A DNA stretch of 64,000 nt from the human T2T-CHM13v2.0 reference genome, Homo sapiens. A model generated the notes under the pieces. It ran no database searches. It was not told where the DNA came from and saw only the letters and a program-made list of their open reading frames with translations. The stretch is from the NCBI RefSeq assembly GCF_009914755.1, contig NC_060942.1. The stretch is one strand, 5' to 3'. Position 1 is the first letter of the stretch, and each line of letters begins with the position of its first letter. Of this stretch, positions 12,199-25,260 are shown in pieces. The position numbers and the translations under genes were made by a program.

Positions 12199-12217
12199 GC
12201 CTGCCATCTTGTGGATA
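12199..12217 (-). promoter_or_regulatory. Putative CTCF site
   Basis: Minus strand CCACAAGATGGCAG resembles the CCASYAGRKGGCR core; nearby CpGs retained. Confidence 0.5.
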
Positions 12218-12299
12218 TAAATGGTAACTACACCGAGGCTGGGCTCAAAACCCCCTTAAGGATCAAAGGACTTTGTTCCCTTAGTTAAAAACAAAAGTC

Positions 12300-12543
12300 C
12301 ATGTTCTCACTCTTAGGTGGGAATTGAACACTGAGAACACACGGACACAGGAAGGGGAACATCACACACCGGGGACTGTTGTGGGGTGGGGGGAGGGGGG
12401 AGGGATAGCATTAGGAGAAATACCTAATGCTAAATGACGAGTTAATGGGTGCAGCACACCAGCATGGCACATGTATACATATGTAACAAACCTGCACGTT
12501 GTGCACATGTACCCTAAAACTTAAAGTATAATAATAATAAAAT
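12300..12543 (+). mobile_element. 5'-truncated young L1PA 3'UTR
   Basis: catgttctcactc.taggtgggaattgaac..G-rich tract..gtaccctaaaacttaaagtataataat. Confidence 0.95.
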
Positions 12544-13104
12544 TTTTTTAAAGAGTACCTTAAATGCTGCCTTTTGCATCATGTCTTTGACTGGTCATTC
12601 CTGTCAAAAGGAATTGATCTTGCTTCTGCAGTCCTGAGGGTCTGCTCCATACTGATCCTGACGAAGGCATTAGGGTACCAGTCTCACATCTTCTATAAAC
12701 CCCTCTATCCTTCAGAGCTCTTAGCTTTTTCACAAGCGCTTACTAAATGTTCTGGAAAGTTGAGAATCTAAGCTATTCAAACCATGGACCTATGATTAAC
12801 TTGGAGGTGACACCTTAATTGTAAGTCAAATGCTGCAATCCTTTGCTTACCAATAAATTAGATTCCAAAAGGCTATTTTTAGATGTATGTGTTTGTGAGA
12901 AAGTTAAGCTTGCAGTCTCTTGATGTATTTCCACTAAATAAGAGTGTGAATCAGTCCTTTGAGGTTTTAAAACAAGGCATATTCTCATTTTCCTCATGGA
13001 CAGTTCTATAAGCAACTTTTTTTCTCTTCAGCTACATTTTCTACACTTCTCCCTTGTCTTGATTGCTCTCTGTTTGCCTCCCTGCCCTTCCCCACCTCCC
13101 ATCT

Positions 13105-13928
13105 ATAGTACAGCTTTCTCTTCCCCACTCTGTGGTCAGAGGCTGCTCTACGTAGACAGCATCATCTCGGCTCCCCACCCTCTGGCTTCCTGTCGGGTTG
13201 GGCCATGAGAGGGGGAGACACCGTCAGGAGATGAGAGGTAAAGAGGTGATATGGACTAAACACGTGTCCCCTCAAAACTCCTATCTTGAAGCTCTCACCC
13301 CTTGTATGGCTGTATTTGGAGTCAGGAAGTAACTTAGGTTAAATGAGGTTATAAGGGCGGGTTCCTAATGCTACGAGATTGGTGGCTTTAGGAGAAGAGG
13401 AAGAGATCTGTCTCTCTCCTTCTCCCTCTTTCTCTTTCTCCCTCACTCTCTCCCTCCCTCCTTCCCTGCCTCACCACACACAGCTCAGAGGAGAGGTCAT
13501 GTAAGGACAAAGCAACTATCTGCAAGCCTGGAAGAGAAAGCTCCCCAGAGGCTGAGCCCTGCTGGACCTTGATTTTGGACTTCCAGCCTCCGGAAATGTG
13601 AACAAATAAATTTCTGTTGTTGAAGTCACCCAGTCTGGGGTTTTTTATTGCAGCAGCCCGAGCCGCCTAAGACAAGAGGCTGGGTTGTATATTCTTCTCT
13701 TCCCTCCCAGGCCCTTCTTTCATGCCTGCAGCTCTGCCCAGTTCCGGTACACAGCTTCCTCCCAGCCTGGAAGGCCTGGAAGAGGAAATTGCTCCCTGCT
13801 ATCGTTAGTCCCAGTGTACCCCAGTCTTTCACGGTTCCCGTAAACCCGTCCACACCTCTGTAAATAGTTCCGTCACTGAATAATTTTTATTAAACCCTCT
13901 GGAGTGTGCCTTCTGTTTCCTTCTGGAA
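13105..13928 (+). mobile_element. Old ERVL LTR (LTR33-like) split by MLT1
   Basis: ctctggcttcctgtcgggttgggccatg..caggagatgagagg, then ctctgtaaatagttcc..gagtgtgccttctgtttcct. Confidence 0.5.
13247..13674 (+). mobile_element. MLT1A/B MaLR solo LTR
   Basis: tgatatggactaaa..ggttaaatgaggttataagg..ttggacttccagcctcc..ctaagaca; perfect TSD agagg. Confidence 0.88.
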
Positions 13929-14028
13929 CAGGGTCAGCGAATGTTTTCTGTAGAGGGCCAGGGAGTAACTATTTTAGGTTTTGCCTGCCATATGGTCTCT
14001 GCTACAATTACTCAACTGCCGTTGTACC

Positions 14029-14059
<31 letters not shown>

Positions 14060-14150
14060 AGCCACAGACAATACGTAAATGAATGAGTGTGGCCATGTTC
14101 CAATAAAACTTTATTTACAAAAGCAGGTGGCCTGCTGGATTGGATTCAAG
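13929..14150 (+). mobile_element. MER58A hAT-Charlie MITE containing an A30 run
   Basis: cagggtcagc..ttttctgtagagggccag..gttccaataaaactttatttacaaaa; A-run 14029-14058. Confidence 0.8.
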
Positions 14151-14755
14151 GACCCTGGCTGATACACCCACTGACCACTCACTGTGATGCACAATAGAAG
14201 TAGAAGGTGCTTTAAACCAGCAAAATCATCTCAGTTTTGCTAGTTTGCAGCAAAAATGAAATCAAATGTTCTTTCTGTATGCTTAAAATTCAGAAATAAA
14301 CTCCTAACCTCGTTTTGTGCTAACACTGGGTAAATTACCATTCAACATTAGTAATGATACTCTGGCTTAATCAAGCCAAGATTGCAAAAGCATTTTGTTT
14401 TGCCAATCACCTCTTTTCATTTCTTGCTATTTTCAATTGATTACATAAGCACAACAGTTTTTATCTTTTGCGTGATTTGCTCTTTGTATAAAGGGCTTAA
14501 AAGGGGTGTTGACTTTCATAAAATTTATTTCTAAAATAGCTCCCTGAATAGTAAACCCAATATGTGATATTATCAGAAAACATATCTTCCTCTTGAGTGA
14601 AAAGAATATACATTTTCTACCTAGTTCTGCAAATACGCATATGTAGCTTGCATATGGTTAATTTGATATATGGATATATGTGTGTGTGTGACTTATGGAA
14701 TCTAATAGATGTAATGTGATTCCATTCAAAGCAAGTAAAAGAGGGAAATGAAGAG

Positions 14756-14980
14756 CTTTAATGTGCCATAGAACATACTTTACATGTGCCATGTAACACA
14801 CTTTACGTGTATTATCTAAACACCTTATATGTGCCATATAACATGCTTTACACGTGCCATGTAACAGGCTTTATATGTGCTATCAAAACACATTTTACAT
14901 GTACCATATAGCACACTTTGCATATGCCATGTAACAGGCTTTACATATGTCATATAACACACTTTACAGGTGCCATATAG
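14756..14980. repeat. Degenerate ~23-bp minisatellite, ~10 copies
   Basis: Consensus ctttacatgtgccatataacaca repeated head to tail. Confidence 0.9.
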
Positions 14981-15083
14981 AACTTCCAATTTCCTCTATG
15001 TGAAAGGAAATTTGCTAAGCTAAGCTTTTTTTATGACAAAAGAAAAGTCTAAGGTTTTTGGTGTAAAAAAATTTACTATCAAG

Positions 15084-15380
15084 GGCCAGGCACTGTGGCT
15101 CAAGCCTGTAATCCCAGCACTTTGGGAGGCCAAGGTGGGTGGATCACGAGGTCAGGAGTTCGAGACCAGCCCAGCCAACAGGTGAAACCCCATCTCTACT
15201 AAAAATACAAAAATTAGCCAGGCGTGGTGGTGGGTGCCTGTAATCCCAGCTACTCAGGAGGCTGAGGCAGGAGAATCACTTGAACCCAGGAGGCGCAGAT
15301 TGCAGTGAGCTGAGATAGCACCATTGGACTCCAGCCTGGGTGACAGAGCAAGAGTTTGTCTCAAAAAACAAACAAAAAAA
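15084..15380 (+). mobile_element. AluS (Sg-like)
   Basis: Full dimer; ggatcacgaggtcaggagttcgagaccagcc. Confidence 0.93.
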
Positions 15381-15568
15381 CAATCAAATAGAGATCACAC
15401 AATTGCCTGGGCTGTCTCTGGAAGTGTGTGTCAGAAGGTGAGTGGTGAGTAAATCTATATAGCTACAGTCATATGGTCTTATGAATGGTTGAGAAAAACT
15501 AATCATGGGGATGATAAAGGTAAAGGATGAAAAAATTAAAGAAAGGCTTAGGAGAGCACTTTAGTGAC

Positions 15569-16087
15569 TACATTAGTTTGCTATGGCTGCTGTCATGAAT
15601 TGCCACCAACTTAGTGACTTAAAGTGACGCAAATTTATTGTCATTCAGATCTAGGGGTCAGAGGTTCTCAAGTCAAGGTGTCGACAGGGCTGTGTTTCTT
15701 CTGGGGCCTCTGCAGGAGAATTTGTCCCTCATCTTTCCCAGCTGCTAGAGCCCCCCTACATTGTTTGGCTTGTGGCCTCTTCTTCCATTTTCAAAGCCAG
15801 TGGCAAAGCATCTTCAGATCTCTCTCTCTCTCATTCATACAAACACACACACACACACACACACTTCTACTTCTACCATTGCATTTCTTTCTCTGCCTCT
15901 GAACCTCCCTCCTGTCTCCCTCTTATATGGACCCATGTGATTACATTCAGCCCACCTAGTTGATCTAGAATAATCCCCACATATTAAGATACTTCATCAC
16001 AACTACACAGTCGTGTAAGGTATCATAGTCACAGATTCTGGGGATTAGAACTTGCATCTTTGGGGGCCCATTACTCTGCCTACTACA
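15569..16087 (-). mobile_element. MLT1D-like LTR with internal (CT)n/(CA)n
   Basis: attagtttgctatggctgctg..ccaccaacttagtgacttaaa..gggcccattactctgcctactaca. Confidence 0.75.
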
Positions 16088-16150
16088 GAGGTTGTTGTAG
16101 TAACTCCGTTAACAACAGAGACTGACCAATTACAGTAGAAACAAGGATGG

Positions 16151-16573
16151 TGTCTCTGTTGGATAAGGTTTCCATGCCAAAGAGCCACAGACCAAGTGGC
16201 TTAAACAACAGAAATTTATTGTCTGACAGTTCTGGAGCTAGAAGTCTAAAATCAATGTGTCAGCAGAATTGGTTTCTTCCACGGGCTGTTAGGGCAGGAT
16301 CTGTTCCAGGCCTCTCTTCCTGGCTTATAGATGGCTGTCTTCTCCCTGGATCTCCTTACATCTTCTTCCCTCTATGTGTGTCTGTCTCTGTGTCCAAGTT
16401 TCCCCCTTTTTTAAAAACATGGTCATACTGGATTGAAACCCACCATAACAACCTGATTTTAACTGGATTACCTCTGTAAAGAACCTATTTCCAAATAAGG
16501 GCATATTCTGAGGTATTTGAGGTTAGGATTTCAACATATGAATTTGTGGGGGGACATAATTCAACCCACAACA
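16151..16573 (-). mobile_element. MLT1B/C-like LTR
   Basis: gtggcttaaacaacagaaatttatt..ctatttccaaataagg..ggggacataattcaacccacaaca. Confidence 0.8.
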
Positions 16574-16759
16574 TGAGGAGAGAAAGAAAGAGGTTTAAAA
16601 ATTACTTGAAAAATATAATCCGTGGGTCTTATGATGGTAGAAGCTGTAAGGGCAAAGGAAGGTTGAATGACAGGAGTGATGGTTATGGCATTAAAGGGTA
16701 AGAAATGCAGTAAAGTCCGGGGAATTAAGAGGTAGAGATTATGAGATTCAGTTATGAAT

Positions 16760-17136
16760 CTGAGCAAAATGAATGTGTGTGTTTACCCCAAATTCACATA
16801 TGATGGTACTTGGAGTTAAGGCCTTTGGAAGGTAATTAGGGTAAGATTAGCTCATTAGGGTGAGGCCTTCATGATAGGATTAGTAACTTTATAAGAAAAG
16901 GAAGAAAGATATCTCTCTCACACTCTCTCTCTTCATGAGCACACACCAAGGGAAGGCCATGTGAGGACACTATGAGAAGGTGGCTATCCTCAAGCCAAGA
17001 AGAAAGCCCTCACCGGAGCCTGAATCCTGACAGAACCTTGATCTTGGACTTCCCAGCCTATAGAACTGTGGGAAACAAGTGTCTGTTTCAGCCATGCAGA
17101 CTGTGGTGCTGTGTTACAGCCTGAGTTGACTAAGAC
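16760..17136 (+). mobile_element. MLT1A-like LTR
   Basis: gaatgtgtgtgtttaccccaaattcacata..ggccatgtgaggacac..gactaagaca. Confidence 0.8.
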
Positions 17137-17149
17137 ATATGTATTAAAC

Positions 17150-17530
17150 ATTTCGAGTTTGAGATTGCTATGGAAAGTCCAATAGAAGAGTAGATGTTTG
17201 TATAAGGGAATTTCAAGTTAAAGAAAGAGATTTATGCAAGAGATGATAATTTGAAAATTATAAGTTTATCAGGGATTGAATAAATCAACCAAAGATATTG
17301 TGTGACCACTGAGCAAAAAGCCCAAGGACTTAAGGAGTGAGCCATGGGAGAAGCACCCACAGAGTCTGAAGAGGACAGTTGGGGTGGGCAAAAGGACTCA
17401 AGAGATGGCAGGGGCACTGAAGGCACAGGGAAGAAATGACCTGGAGAAGTGGAGGGAAGTAAGATCTGCAAAAGGCTTTTGGATTTGGCCACGAGGTCCC
17501 TGTAGTCTCTACCCCAGCACTTTCAATGGA
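17150..17530 (-). mobile_element. L2 remnant (further pieces lie between the MLT1 LTRs from ~15400)
   Basis: gagtttgagattgct..gagatgataatttgaaa..ggatttggccac..cactttcaatgga L2-type motifs. Confidence 0.5.
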
Positions 17531-17534
17531 GGTT

Positions 17535-17980
17535 TGTGTCCATCTTAGTCCTGGAAAAAGCATATCCCGAGAAGGAATTAGAAGAGCAAGAAATTTGGGG
17601 TGGGATGAAGGATGGGATGACGGGGTGAAGGATGAACCTGACTTGGGGGAAAGCCTCTGCCTGTGACATGGGTGGGTCACTTGTGAAGGGAGAGGGAGTG
17701 GGAAGGAGGACTGGGCAGGAAGTGCTTCAGTCTGCCCTGCAGCTCTAAGAAAGTCTGAGTGAGGCCATTGGGAATCCTTGGAATAAGAGTGCCCACCGCA
17801 GGAGTCCCACACCAGGCAGAAATGGCCAGAGTTTAGTGTTCCATGTGGCCCAGCCCTGGACTGTGGTATGAGCCCAGGTGTGGCCTCAGTGAGGCAGGTC
17901 TTATGGGTGCATCCACAGGAGGTTATCAACTCACTACATTCCTCACAGAAGGTTCTATCTTGAAAGGAGGTCTGAGCAGG
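17535..17980 (-). mobile_element. Old ERVL LTR16-like element
   Basis: tgtgaaggggagagggag..ggaggactgggcaggaag..cttcagtctgc..ctctaagaaagtct. Confidence 0.45.
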
Positions 17981-17984
17981 CTGT

Positions 17985-18494
17985 TGTGAGACAAAGTAGC
18001 CAGCATATGTAAGAAGCCATGTTTGCTCATTTCTGCTTGCCAGCATAGTTTCACAAAGCCCCTGACTCTGTGACGATGTGCAGCTCTAAAATGATTTGAG
18101 GACAAAACAGGATGGAGCCCATGGCCCCCACCATGTATCTTGCCTGAATCACTAAATTCCTTAAAAGATAAATGACTCTAATTCTTTCCTTTTCCTACAC
18201 ATACGATAATGTCTGGCAGGATTGGTGATTATACCTCTGTAATCTATAAAAAACTGTACTCTCACACTCAGACTTTGCTGTGATTCCTCATCAATGTAAC
18301 TTCTGAAAAGGGTTGATAGGATTTTGCACATACTAAACCTCACAACCTGTGTATAAACAGTAAGCTGAAACACTTTTTGGACTAGTCTGATACAAGCTCT
18401 CTAAATGGCTGCTCCCAGGATATAGTCCTCAGTAAGACTTCTGAATAAAACTAACTTTAATTATTTAAAAGCTTGTTTTTTTCTTTAGTTGGCA
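17985..18494 (+). mobile_element. ERV1 (MER4-group) solo LTR
   Basis: tgtgagacaaagt..gccatgtttgctcatttctgcttgccagc..gtataaa..gaataaaactaactttaa..ctttagttggca. Confidence 0.7.
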
Positions 18495-18845
18495 GTAGTG
18501 TCATGGCTGACAAAATTGGGTTTGGGGTGATACGGGAAAGGATGAAATGGCAACTGTGAATCCAGATGACTCTAGATGCTTGCACAACTAACCTATTGAA
18601 AAGATGAGGACCAAGACAGTTGTGAGAAGTCTTCTAAGTGCAAACCTCCCCAGAACCAGCTGATGCTACTAAATTCTACAGTTAACAGAGGCCAGCAAGC
18701 CACACCTCTTTATGTCTGAACAGGGCAAAAGCAAGTCTAATACTGCTGTACTCTGGGGATTAATCTGTTCCAAGCGAGGCTGACAGACTTGTTTCTGCAT
18801 TCTCAGATGACAGTGTCTACTGTTGCTGGCTTCAAGATCATAAAG

Positions 18846-19332
<487 letters not shown>

Positions 19333-19345
19333 TTAGCTTTCATCT

Positions 19346-19776
19346 TTATGTAGTTTGGATATTTGTCCCCACCCCCAAATCTCATGTTGAAATGTAATCC
19401 CCAGTGTTGGAGGTGGGGCCTGGTGGGAGGTGATTGGATCATGGGGGTGGATTTCTCAGGAATGGTTTGGCACCATCCAACTGGGGCTGTCCTTGTAATA
19501 GTGAGTGAGTTCTCATGACAACTGGATGTTTAAAGTATGTGGCACTTCCCTTTGCGCTCTCTCTCTTGCTCCTGCTTTCACCGTGTGAGATGCCTGTTCC
19601 CTCTTCATCTTTTGCCATAAGTAAAAGCTTCCTCAGGCCTCCTCAGAAGCCGAGCAGATGATGGCACCATGCATCCTGTACAGCCTGCAGAACCAGGAGC
19701 CAAGTAAATTTATTTTCTTTATAAATCACTGAGTATCAGGTATTCCTTTATAGCAACTCAAGAACAGACTAACACA
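19346..19776 (+). mobile_element. MSTB-like MaLR solo LTR
   Basis: gtttggatatttgtcccc..aaatctcatgttgaaatgtaatcccc..agaagccgagcagatg..cagactaacaca. Confidence 0.88.
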
Positions 19777-20109
19777 CATTCTGTGGTAGATAATAGAACC
19801 ACACTATAAAGTTCTTACTTTGCATATTGGTCACAACTCATAGCTAATTCTGGTCTGACATAGAGATAGGCACATCTCTCTGGTCTAAATGAATCCCTCA
19901 GAGGATTCCGGGAACAAGGACTGCTCAGTCTACAGCTGATCCTTAAGTCCAGGGAATGCATTTACTTCTTTATTGAGATGCTATGATTTACGGGGCACTA
20001 AAAGTTGTGACTGTAAAGGAATAGCTTCTGGGCAGAGATAGAAAGACTATCCCTTTAGAGATACTAGGAATATTCTCTCTGTGGACATCAATTACTTTCT
20101 AAGTGCTGG

Positions 20110-20300
20110 TATTGCATCATGGCTAAGAGCTCAGACTCTGGACACCAGGAGGGCTCACATTTTGTCTCCCTAATTTACTTGCTCTATGACCTTGGGAAAA
20201 TTATGTAACTCTCTTGTGTTTAGTTTCCTTACCTATAAAATCAATCTAATATATGTAAAATGAGTGCTTGGTATATAGTTAATAATAAAATGTCACTTGC
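20110..20300 (+). mobile_element. MIR
   Basis: ggctaagagctcagactctgg..tgaccttggg..tagtttccttacctataaaat. Confidence 0.7.
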
Positions 20301-20837
20301 TTTTACTACTACTTTTACCAATTTTAAACATCTCTTGGGGGATAAAATTTAAAATATACATTCATATTGGCTTGCATTTGCATAAAGAAACTCTAGAGAC
20401 ATAAATAAGGGACTCATAAAAGTGGTCACCTCTGGGAGTGAGAAGTGGAGGATGCAAACTGATTGAAAGCAAGAATTCTCCATGAATATGTTTCTAGGCT
20501 GGGGAAAAAAAAACACTTAAAAAAATGTAAACTTCTTTAGAATACCTCATAAATGTGGAGTTAAAATTGCCCCTCCCTAAAAGAAAATCAGAATAGACTT
20601 TTCTTAGCACATTCCAGTCTATGAGTGTTTAAGCACCTCTCTTCTCCTTTCCTCTTCCTCCACTTTCCTTCCATTTTCTATTCCTCTGCCTCCTTTTCTT
20701 CTCTCACTGTTCCAAAAAATAGGTTCAAATCAAGACTTACTGATCCTGGAACTAGAGACTTGTACTAACTCTAGATTTCCCTCTTTAAATTGCTTCTTTC
20801 TTGTCTTCCTTAATGAGGTCCAGTAAGATGGCCCTGA

Positions 20838-20856
20838 GGCTGCCCCCTGTTGGTGA
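20838..20856 (-). promoter_or_regulatory. Putative CTCF site
   Basis: Minus strand CCAACAGGGGGCAGC, close to the CTCF core consensus. Confidence 0.55.
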
Positions 20857-21147
20857 CAGGCAGCTTGCACAAGAATGGCTCCCCTTACAGACACCTGTTA
20901 AGTTCTCACCTCCTGCAATCTTCACACCAGTCCTGAGGTAGTTAGTGATGAGAAAACCAACTCACAGGCAGTTAAACACTTTAAAGCCACTTAGTTACTG
21001 AGCCAGGATCAGAACCAGCCTAGCTCCCGGGCCCTAACCAATGGCTCTGTGTTGCCTTGCTTTCCGCATTGGGTATGGGGCTCTTTCCTCACTTACTTGC
21101 CTTGGCCACCTTTCCTCACTATCAGAGGTATAAGATCTATGGTTCAG

Positions 21148-21576
21148 TGTGGAGGCTAAAGCAACTGCATCTTGGATGCTAACCCACCATGTTGCCTTCT
21201 AATTAATTCCTGTTCTGGGAATGTCTGTAAGATATCCACTTTATCTACAGTTACCATAAATCCTGCCCTTAGGTCAAAACAACCTTGACCATAAATCTCG
21301 CCTTAGGCAGAGTCACATAGCATTCTTGCCTTTCCCGGAGGGGTCGACTTAATTGTCCTACACATTTCTTCCCTCTGGTGTATACACTCTGGATCTGAGG
21401 AATGATAGCACAGGGATCTGCCATCTTGTCTTACTTCTGTGAGACATGATTTATGTTAGTAAGACCCTATGAAATGTTTCTGTCTGAGAAACTGAATGTA
21501 CCAAGTTCTTTCTTTGGCCTATAAGTTTCCTTGGCCTTTGGGAGCAGGTTTGCATAGACCTGCTCACTGCAGAACA
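21148..21576 (+). mobile_element. MER66-like ERV1 solo LTR
   Basis: tgtggaggctaaagcaactgcatcttgg..gcaggtttgcatagacctgctcactgcagaaca; flanks ttcag/ctcag. Confidence 0.7.
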
Positions 21577-24500
21577 CTCAGCATTAGGGAGTAGGTCCTG
21601 GAGGCCCATGGTTTATTTTTAGTGAGAACCTTGTGTCAACCTTTCATCTGGATGTCTTCCCTCTCCACATGGTCCCTCTTGGGTCTTCAGGAGATGGCAT
21701 GGGGTATGGGACAACAGCTTTGTATAATAAAAACAAATATTGCCTGGAAATTCCCTCTGCTCCTTTCCCTCGGGGACCTGTGGTCCAGGCTCCTGAGCTT
21801 CCAGGTTCCAGGCCATTATCTCTTGTCCTCTGACATGACACGACTGACACAAGGATGTCGTCTAGGTGACATATTAGACTTGCTTACTGGACTAAGGTAA
21901 AGACACCAAGTAGAAACATTGATCTTGAATCTTCCCCCACCACCTGATTCAATCAAATTTAGATTTCCAGACCGAAAGTGTTAAGGAACCCCGAAAGGAT
22001 GTGGCTCTGGTCTTCCTCCTGTGTGGGCATGGACTATTGCAGCCCTAACCACCTTGCCCAAGCGCTTACATTTCCACGTGTGCTCAATTGCCTTTGAAAT
22101 GCAATCTCTGCCTGAGGGCAAAATTGAGGGACTCTTCATCCCTGGGAGCAGCCACCATGGAATAGTCTGATAGATGATGAGATCTTTCTGAGGCACACAA
22201 TCTGTTTCCCAGAGGTCCCAGCAGAATTAAGCTCCATTTGCTCACAGTTGGAGCTGTTTGATTGAAGCTTTTATCAGCTTTCTTCTCTTCCCTGTCTACA
22301 TTCTCCACTGCCCTACTGTTGTTTACTGAAATCACCTCCAAAATAAAAAAACATGCAATCAAATCCTTACGTCATGGGCTCCTTCTGGGGAAACACAAAC
22401 TAAGACACTCTTTCTATGTCAAGCAGACTCAAAATAGCTGTTACCAGCTGTAGCATCTGCCCTATCCAATCCCCAGGTAATGGATGTGATGCAACCAGCC
22501 CATGTCTAACATGTAGCAGGTGCTCAATAAATGTAGTTGGATCTGAATTGGCATGCACACTGCATTCCTCTGCAAAATTGAATTACATAGGCAATTCTTA
22601 AAGAGTGAAACAGTTTTCATTTTCAGCCATTAGAAGTAACCACAAAAAGGAACACAGGTTATTTTAAAAACTGAAATTAAATAAGTCCTGGAATGTTCCA
22701 TGGTGCCTTGACAAGTAGAAAAGTGATCAAACACATTAGATCACCTGCCTGGCCAGTCTTTGAAACAATGAGACAAAAAAGGAAACTCATTACATGTCAA
22801 GCTTGGGTGATTAGATTAGATTTTCTATATCGTACCTGTCTGGGCTACATTTGCATAAGCTCACAAAATGCAGGGGAGGCTTAAAGCAGGTTGTCATGCC
22901 ATGCCTGGTTGGACTTGTTCATGCTAACAAGGCTGAAGGAGCTACTAACTTCAGCATCAGGGGCGGTAACTCTCTCTCAGCACTTCAAGATCCAAATAAA
23001 ATAATTCACAGAGATTTCAGTTTAGAGAACAGTGAACAGTTAACTAACAGACACCTTAGCTAGTCTGAACGGTTGAGTCTCCTTAAGAAATTCTGCAAAA
23101 CACGGATTCAGAACTTAAGAGAGACAGAATAAAGCAACACAATGAATCAAGAGCAATCTGGTGTCTTTTTGAAAGAGGAGAAGACAATGGGGAAATAGCA
23201 TTTTTTTAATTCTACATCATTGGATTTCAACTGACCATGAATCATTTCATCCCATATTTATGCAGTTCTGTAGACTTTCAAGGCAGTCTTGAGTCCACTA
23301 TCACATTTATTCTGACGTCTGTTCTCTGCCGGTCACATCTGAATCATGCATTTGCGGGCTGAGAACACTCAGCCTCTGTGCAGTTGAATGACTCCTTCAT
23401 TCACATGGAGCATAAATAGTAAGCCCAATTCTCCACCCCAACTTGTGTTTTCATTTGCCTTTTGTATGTGGATTAAAAAGGTGATGTTAAGGCACATTTA
23501 GTAGAAAGAAGGCTTTTTATCCAAATTTTAGATGGGAGGGAAAGGAAGGATAGTGGCAAGAAGATGGTGTAGTTTCTTAACAGTATAGACTTCAGCTTCT
23601 GCTCCATACCAAGCATGCTCGGCATGAGCTAGTAGCTTCCTCCTCCATCCTCTGTTCCCAGCCTCTACCGGCCTGATCTGGCTCTTGATGCTCCAATCTC
23701 CTTCACCACTCTCACTCCCAGGAGCCACATTATGACCTTTTGACCTCCCTGATCAGCCTCTTTGACATGACCAAGGTGGCCTCGATTGCCTGGTCCCACC
23801 CCCAGGCCCTTGCTTGTATCAGTCCCCAGCCTAGATCTCTTTTATCAGCCATTCCTGCTCTGGGGACACTGTTTCTCCCACTCCACTCTTGCTGCCACTT
23901 GGGATCTTATTTCTCACCTGGATGACTCCAGTGGACTCCAGCTTCCAGGTTCTCCCCACGTACTACTGCCATAGAATGCTCACCAAAGGGAAATGTGTTG
24001 ACTGAATGGCTGCTCTACCCCAGGAACTTTAATATGTTTCACTTTTGCAAGGACACTATAAGTTCATTTTTGTATTACTATTTGTTGAAACTTTTTATTG
24101 ACAGAAAAGTGCGTATATTATATTCTAGTGGTAAAGCTTGGCAAAATTTCACAGATTAAACACAACATATTCCGCAGTCACATAAAAGCAAAACAAAACA
24201 AATAGACAAATAAACAAGAAACAGAGAAACCCTGAAAGCATGACTGTTGGGTCATACGTTATGCATGTACCTGGCTTTAGTGGATATTGTCAGTTTTCCA
24301 AAGTGGCTATACCAACTTACACTACCATCAGCTGTGTGTGATGGTTCAAGCTGTTCTACACTTACCACTTGGTATTTTCTATTTAACCATTCTGGTGAGT
24401 GGGTAGTGATTAACACCACCTTAAAATAAGAAAAATTAAATTCAGGGGGATAGACTGTCTTGTCCCCAGATGCCAGCAAAGGAAGCACTTGAATGAGTTC

Positions 24501-24659
24501 TGTCTACTCAGAACACCCACAGCTCCTTTGCAGTAGTAGTATTCTGCTTTTTTGTTCTCTAACGTTTTTATCAACACTCTCTCTATTTTTTCCATAGATA
24601 ATTATACCTTTGCTTTTAAGAGCTGTCATAAATAATTAAAATATTTGAGCTGAATTAAA

Positions 24660-24890
24660 TACCATAGCTCAGTTAATAACATGGGCTTTATTTAGGACCA
24701 GACAAGTCTGAGTTCAAGCCCTAACTTCAATCTTACTAGCTATAGTTCTCTAGGCTTCAATTTCTTCACCTCTAAAGATGAGAATGAGGGTAGAAACTAG
24801 CTCCTGAAGAGGTGATGAGGACTAAATGAGATGATACATGTAAAGTGCTCAGCACAGAGCCTTCACACAATGATCATTCAACAAATTAGT
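24660..24890 (+). mobile_element. MIR
   Basis: ccagacaagtctgagttcaagcc..gaggactaaatgagatgatacatgtaaagtgctcagcacag. Confidence 0.75.
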
Positions 24891-25044
24891 AGCAAAAGAG
24901 AGATCTCGTGTGTAAATACTTTTAAATATTGAAGTTTTATATATTCAGACAAATACAGTGAGTTGAGTGCAATTAGAATAATTTTGATTCTAAATAAGCT
25001 GCTAAGAGTCTTCATTTTCATGAACATAAAAATTAGGGTTCAAG

Positions 25045-25260
25045 TCTGGGCAACATAGCGAGACTCTGCCTCTACAAAAATAAAAATAAGCCCAGCGTAG
25101 TGGGGCAAATTGGCAGACCCAGCTACTCAAGAGGCTGAGGCAAGAGGATCACTTTACCTCAGGAGGTCAAAGCTGCAGTGAACTAGGATCACACCACGCA
25201 CTACAGTCTGGGTGACAGAGCAAGACTCTGTCTCTAAAATAAAAATAAAACAAAAAAAAA
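25045..25260 (+). mobile_element. 5'-truncated AluJ
   Basis: ctgggcaacatagcgagac..right arm..gacagagcaagactctgtctct plus A-rich tail. Confidence 0.85.

Noticed and set aside
14756-14980. Repeat array as CRISPR-like
   Set aside because: Head-to-tail units with no unique spacers, no cas genes, eukaryotic context
17330-18046. Longest ORF (238 aa, minus strand)
   Set aside because: Spans L2, LTR16-like and ERV1 LTR pieces; S/P-rich with no domain; chance antisense ORF of a purine-rich strand
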